Source of the DNA: Bdellovibrionales bacterium
GTDB taxonomy: Bacteria > Bdellovibrionota > Bdellovibrionia > Bdellovibrionales > UBA1609
DNA length: 64,000 nucleotides
Direction: 5' to 3'
Assembly: GCA_041690295.1 (NCBI GenBank)
Contig: JAWLHR010000006.1
Location: 32,001 to 96,000, forward strand
Shown: piece by piece, positions 60,713 through 64,000 of the stretch
Layout of the letters: each line of letters opens with the position of its first letter
Numbering within the stretch: the stretch's first letter is position 1
The notes under the pieces: generated by a model
Database searches by the model: none
Told to the model about the DNA's origin: nothing
Seen by the model: only the letters and a program-made list of their open reading frames with translations
Translations under genes and position numbers: made by a program

Positions 60713-61749
60713 TACCGGCAATTGTGGGCGGCGACGGAATATTTGCTGCCGAGCTCTTTGTTGCCTTTTTGTTTAAGGCGGGAGGCGGCGGTGTGAAATG
60801 TGTCACCGACCGTGGGATCGCCTTTGCAGGCGGCGATGAAGTGATTGAGCGCTTGCGCTTCATTTCCAGATTCATAAAGTGATTGGGCAAGCCCGAAATG
60901 CGAGCGCGCGGAATCCGATTTGGCTTTCACCGCCGCTTTGAAATAACGGCTCGATACGGCGTAATTCTTTTTGCGAAAGAACAAGGTGCCGGCCGCCCAT
61001 TGCACGAATTCGGATTTGGGGAACATCTTCGCCGCTTTGACCGCCAGGCGCTCGGCTTTCACGTCATCTTTTTGATCCTTCTTATCGAGTAAAGACTGGA
61101 TGAGATAAACATAATGATCCGGATAGTTCGGCGAGAGTTCGATGCTTTTCGAGCAGTTCTCAATGGCCTGGACGATGAACCCGTCATTCGAATCGATGCG
61201 GCAGAGTTCGCGGTAAAGTTCGGGGCGCTCACCGAAATGTTTGATTCCCTCAAGAAGCAGTTCGCGGGCTTCATTATGGGTTTTCTGTTGTAAGAAAGTT
61301 TTCAACAAAAGATCGAACGCGGGTTTGTATCTTGGTTGCAGCTTTAAAACTCTTCTCAAGCGTTGAATTCCCGACGTGATCAGGCTTTCGTGTCGTTCAA
61401 GATCGGTGGTTAAGTTGGCCTGCTTCAAGTAAGCGTGGGCGAGAAGCATATGCCACTCATAATTTTCCTCATCACGATTCGCCATCATGGTGAGAACCCG
61501 CACCTCATTGGCGTGATCCTTTAGATTGGAATAAGCGAAGGCCAATGCGCGGATCCCGTCACCCTTCAGCTGATCGGTGTAGGGATTGAGCAGCTCGACC
61601 ACTTCCTTGAACTTATTCTGACTTAATCGGATTTCCGCGAGCCGAAGTCTCGCGTGAACGTTATCCGGATTGCTGGCGATGAGTTTCTCCAGCTGCGCGT
61701 CGGTCTGAGCGAACGCCATGAGAGAGAAAATCAAGTAAACAAAAGCCAT
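60712..61749 (-). CDS. Periplasmic tetratricopeptide repeat protein
   Basis: Short signal peptide, repeated TPR-like helical pairs (A....P motifs). Confidence 0.82.
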   Translation of the reverse strand: MAFVYLIFSLMAFAQTDAQLEKLIASNPDNVHARLRLAEIRLSQNKFKEVVELLNPYTDQLKGDGIRALAFAYSNLKDHANEVRVLTMMANRDEENYEWHMLLAHAYLKQANLTTDLERHESLITSGIQRLRRVLKLQPRYKPAFDLLLKTFLQQKTHNEARELLLEGIKHFGERPELYRELCRIDSNDGFIVQAIENCSKSIELSPNYPDHYVYLIQSLLDKKDQKDDVKAERLAVKAAKMFPKSEFVQWAAGTLFFRKKNYAVSSRYFKAAVKAKSDSARSHFGLAQSLYESGNEAQALNHFIAACKGDPTVGDTFHTAASRLKQKGNKELGSKYSVAAHNCR

Positions 61750-61792
61750 TAGCTCATCCTATGCTGCAACGCGCTCTATGCGCAAGTCCAGG

Positions 61793-62338
61793 TCACTGGC
61801 TGGGTGGAGATTCGCGAACCGACTGACTGTTTTCAGATGTGGAAGTGGGAGCAGCAGGACTTGAAGCGTCAGACGACGTTGTTGAGGACGATGCGGGCAT
61901 TCGCGTCGGCGGAGGCAGAAAAGCATCTTGCCGTTTCGCGGGCGAAAATGAAATCGCGGGATGATTGGAGTTCGCATTGAGATATGATGAAAACGAAATT
62001 TTCTTTCGCGCGGCTTGTTTGGACCGAGCGCGTTTGCCAGTTTCTTTTTCTCCATCGGCAAGAGCCGGCGCCTCTTCGCTCGAGCTCGCGGCCTCGGTGA
62101 CAGGTTCAGTGGATTCACCGCAGATGGGAAGATCAGCGTCATCAAGGGCGAATGAAGCGCCTTTTTTGCGGCATTTTTTCTTCACGACCTTCTTTTTCTT
62201 GGGCTTTTCACCGCAAAGATCCGGGCGAATTTCACAGATTTCATCCGTGGTCACGGCGGAATTCGGTTTTTCCGCCCAACCGACGCTGGCAAGTAAGAAT
62301 GTTGAAGTCACGGCCAACAATTTAAACATAATCATCAC
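61793..62338 (-). CDS. Hypothetical secreted low-complexity protein
   Basis: Signal peptide; start overlaps upstream stop (ATGA). Confidence 0.6.
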   Translation of the reverse strand: MMIMFKLLAVTSTFLLASVGWAEKPNSAVTTDEICEIRPDLCGEKPKKKKVVKKKCRKKGASFALDDADLPICGESTEPVTEAASSSEEAPALADGEKETGKRARSKQAARKKISFSSYLNANSNHPAISFSPAKRQDAFLPPPTRMPASSSTTSSDASSPAAPTSTSENSQSVRESPPSQ

Positions 62339-63108
62339 CGCGAAGCTGCGGCGGGATCATACGAAGTGGAAATCCCACCGGGACCACCGCCGGATACATT
62401 GGATAAACCGGGGGTAATCACATTGTTATTCGAGCCACCCATCGAACTGGAACCACCAGCGCCGCCGGAGGAGCCAAGCAGCGAAATTCCCGTGGAAGTG
62501 CCGGTGTTCGCCGGATTGCGAATCGTGCGATTGGCCGGCGGAGCGATGACGCCGACATTGGCGTTCGCGGCCAGGTATTGATCATAAGAGACCGACGACG
62601 GCGAGGAATTCACGGTCGCGGTGGAAAACCGATTGTTCACGCTGGACGCGATGGACGCGGGCAAAGTCACCGAGGAGCTTCCGTTAGAGCAGGTTAATTC
62701 GGCGCCGTTCGGCACGCATTGCGAAGAACCGAATTTATTCATCAAGGCCAATTTGGCGATATTCAATTTTTGTTGTTTAAAAGCGGCCTCGAATTGGGCG
62801 CGGCTCATTTGCGGATTGGCGCGACGGAAATCGCGGCGGGCTTGCGCCATGATTCTTTTGGTTTCCGCTTTCCCGAAGGTGGCGTTCATGGTTCTGGCCA
62901 GATCCCGAACCGACGTAGTTTTTGTGGAATTTGGTTGAATCACTTGGACCGGCTGGTTGGGCGTGCTTTGTTGAAATTCCTGCTCGGCAACGTTGGAGTT
63001 TTCGGCGCCTTTGTTACACATTGCTTTGAACTCACCGGCCGTCGCGTGAATGGAGCCCACAGCGATTCCCATCAGAGCTAAGGCCTGAATTGAGAATTTG
63101 GCAGCCAT
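62335..63108 (-). CDS. Hypothetical secreted protein with Gly/Ser-rich tail
   Basis: GGAGG RBS, signal peptide; shares a SYL.ANxN-like motif with the downstream ORF. Confidence 0.7.
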   Translation of the reverse strand: MAAKFSIQALALMGIAVGSIHATAGEFKAMCNKGAENSNVAEQEFQQSTPNQPVQVIQPNSTKTTSVRDLARTMNATFGKAETKRIMAQARRDFRRANPQMSRAQFEAAFKQQKLNIAKLALMNKFGSSQCVPNGAELTCSNGSSSVTLPASIASSVNNRFSTATVNSSPSSVSYDQYLAANANVGVIAPPANRTIRNPANTGTSTGISLLGSSGGAGGSSSMGGSNNNVITPGLSNVSGGGPGGISTSYDPAAASR

Positions 63109-63234
63109 GCTTTTCCCCCTCCGTTAACTCTTATCTTCATTATTCCGATGCAAATTAAGAGGCGCAATAGATCAAACAAGGACTGGATGAGTGTCGATAA
63201 TCCGTTCATTTGTTTGATCGCAAGTCAGGCATGA

Positions 63235-63249
63235 GTCTCAAAATGAGAC
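63235..63249. promoter_or_regulatory. Perfect palindromic operator-like site GTCTCA-N3-TGAGAC
   Basis: Located between divergent genes; degenerate copies in other intergenic regions. Confidence 0.55.
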
Positions 63250-63363
63250 AGCGACGGTGACGTTTCGTGCCCGCACCTGTCGAAAATGTCGGCGGCCATG
63301 AGCAAAAGAAACGGGCGCCCCGCTGGCATAAACCTCGCTCTTAGTACGGGAAGGGAGGGATGC

Positions 63364-64000
63364 ATGAGCCAAGACCAGAATCCAAATAACGTGATTCAGT
63401 TTCCGGGTCGCCGTAAAGAATCGCCGGATAAGCCGGTGGCTCCGCAATCCTCCAAGACCGCGGCCAAAGAAGACGCGCGCCCACGTAAGAAACAATCCAA
63501 AAAAACACTTCTCGGAAGCGCGCTGGCCGTGATTCTCGCCACGGGCGCGGTGAATCGCTTTGTGTTCGAAACACCCGTGCATTCAATGGAATTCACCTCA
63601 CAGGTTTCCGAATCCGCGGGCCGCGGCATCGCCAGCGTTGATCGCCGTGTCTGGCACCGGGACGCCCAATGGGAAAAAGAACTTGCCGAAAAACTCGCTT
63701 CACCCAAAGTTCGCGTGATCGCCTCTGAAAGCATCGGCCGCCAGGCCACCATGGCGGAAAAACTCCGCTGGGGCATTCTCGAGGAAAAATACACGATCGT
63801 TTACCGTACCGAATCACCGGGAATTCAATCCATCTTCCTTCAAGACACGAGCAGCGAGCCGTCTTATATCCGTGATCGTGAAAAGTTCCTGCGTGAATTC
63901 GGATCGCTTTTCGAAGTGAATTTCGCCGCCGCCCGACTGAAGTCGGTGGAGACCAACCCGGAAAAAACGGTGGAATCCTACACGCTTTATGACGAGAACG
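63364..64000 (+). CDS. Hypothetical bitopic membrane protein, truncated by window end
   Basis: Not in ORF track. GGGAGG RBS; MSQDQNPNNVIQFPG..., one TM helix, RGIAS motif; open to 64000. Confidence 0.8.
   Translation, partial: MSQDQNPNNVIQFPGRRKESPDKPVAPQSSKTAAKEDARPRKKQSKKTLLGSALAVILATGAVNRFVFETPVHSMEFTSQVSESAGRGIASVDRRVWHRDAQWEKELAEKLASPKVRVIASESIGRQATMAEKLRWGILEEKYTIVYRTESPGIQSIFLQDTSSEPSYIRDREKFLREFGSLFEVNFAAARLKSVETNPEKTVESYTLYDEN

Overview
Bacterial chromosomal window, most likely from a predatory Bdellovibrionota lineage (inferred from two giant mosaic fibre proteins, FQNC-type lipoproteins, an RxxAS-motif protein and a stand-alone c-di-GMP riboswitch RNA). The core housekeeping block (13.5-42.4 kb) holds apbC/mrp, glyQS, ppdK, smc, mtnN, ftsY, a Na/Pi transporter, zapA-ygfA-rny-tyrS-fdx, iscA, iscS, nrdJ, an acyl-CoA dehydrogenase, speD-speE-trmH and queF. 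It is flanked by accessory surface and secreted genes: a >2200-aa repeat-expanded fibre missed by the ORF track, a 1859-aa paralog, a glycosylation cluster and OM barrels. Features the ORF track does not show: (1) a c-di-GMP-I riboswitch with no downstream gene, inside a ~320-nt hairpin-rich RNA carrying six ANGGA (CsrA-type) motifs and a 15-codon sORF; (2) a RAYT with its GTAG-REP family, five copies all placed against stop codons; (3) an IS1-like transposase with D-D-N instead of D-D-E, bracketed by perfect 23-bp inverted repeats in the same layout as the RAYT; (4) an RNase Y that has lost most HD metal ligands; (5) a rod-like structured element upstream of an NYN nuclease; (6) a dispersed GTCTCA-N3-TGAGAC motif plus sigma28- and sigma54-like promoters; (7) tRNA-Arg(UCG). 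All calls come from reading the sequence; no searches were run.
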